32,000 nt of DNA, taken from assembly GCF_000400465.1 (NCBI RefSeq), contig NW_008806295.1, forward strand, positions 30,001 to 62,000, read 5' to 3'. Within the stretch, counting starts at the first letter, position 1. Every line of letters begins with the position of its first letter. The translations under genes were made by a program, and so were the position numbers. A model generated the notes under the pieces. That model worked only from the letters and a program-made list of their open reading frames with translations, searched no databases and was not told where the DNA came from. Shown here piece after piece: positions 31,573-32,000 of this stretch. The DNA is from Wallemia ichthyophaga EXF-994. Lineage: Eukaryota; Fungi; Basidiomycota.

Positions 31573-31866
31573 TTAACACAACGCTTTTTTTTTATCAAAC
31601 AATTTGTTCTTATAATACATCGTTAGATACCATAATAAGAGACTAATTCTGTTTAACTAAATAAATATGAGTAGAGCAAAATTTAAGACAAACCCTAAGC
31701 ACAGAATAGTTCAGATTGTCTAAACAGTATTTAAAGTTATAATGATCGTTTATAAGTTTGACATATACAAAAAAAAGTGAGATATAAATTGTGTATTCCG
31801 AATTTAGACTTAAGCAAATTTTCCGTAATTACTGAAACTCGAGAAAAATTAGAATTATCTGCAACA

Positions 31867-32000
31867 TTAGAAGTGATTTTGTTGGTTGGAAAGGATATTG
31901 ATAAGAGCATCAATATCGATCAATTGGCCACCGCGCTTGTGGGTCTTGATGTTTGAGAGGGCGTCGACGACAGCATCAACATCGATGAGAGAAGGCTGAG
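31867..32000 (-). CDS. Probable 3' end of an unidentified minus-strand gene entering from the right edge
   Basis: Open frame QPSLIDVDAVVDALSNIKTHKRGGQLIDIDALINILSNQQNHF* with a stop at 31867-31869, coding-like GC content and AT-rich sequence downstream. No family recognised. Confidence 0.45.
   Translation of the reverse strand, partial: QPSLIDVDAVVDALSNIKTHKRGGQLIDIDALINILSNQQNHF

Noticed and set aside
1-32000. Transposons, CRISPR arrays, rRNA, prokaryotic operons
   Set aside because: No transposase, RT or integrase motifs, long terminal or inverted repeats, spacer-repeat arrays or rRNA signatures were seen. Spliceosomal introns throughout indicate fungal nuclear DNA.

Overview
Gene-dense fungal genomic DNA, most likely a basidiomycete. 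The short introns (42-64 nt) and tiny intergenic gaps suggest a Wallemia-like compact genome, but the taxon is an inference. Left to right: 5' end of a PP2C/Ptc1-like phosphatase (-, runs off the edge); Set9-like H4K20 methyltransferase (+); full-length ABCC exporter (-) divergent from a siderophore-NRPS-type adenylation-domain protein that has no carrier domain (+); CAMKL/Ppk16-like kinase (-); kynurenine/glutamine aminotransferase (-); small acidic protein (-); ARN/SIT-family siderophore-iron MFS importer (+); tRNA-Glu(CTC); tRNA-Pro(TGG) with a 9-nt intron; WW-domain protein; Nup160/Nup120; equilibrative nucleoside transporter (-); kinesin-3 (+); and the 3' tail of a minus-strand gene. I built the exon models by hand, and each spliced CDS gives an intact reading frame. 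The most interesting element is a putative iron-regulated trio of A-domain-only NRPS, ABCC exporter and siderophore importer, whose promoters carry clustered SreA/Urbs1-type GATA motifs. It comes with two splicing oddities: an ABCC intron with no AG acceptor (apparent GT-TG) and an MFS start codon created only by splicing (A|TG). No database searches were run. All homology calls come from recognising motifs by eye.
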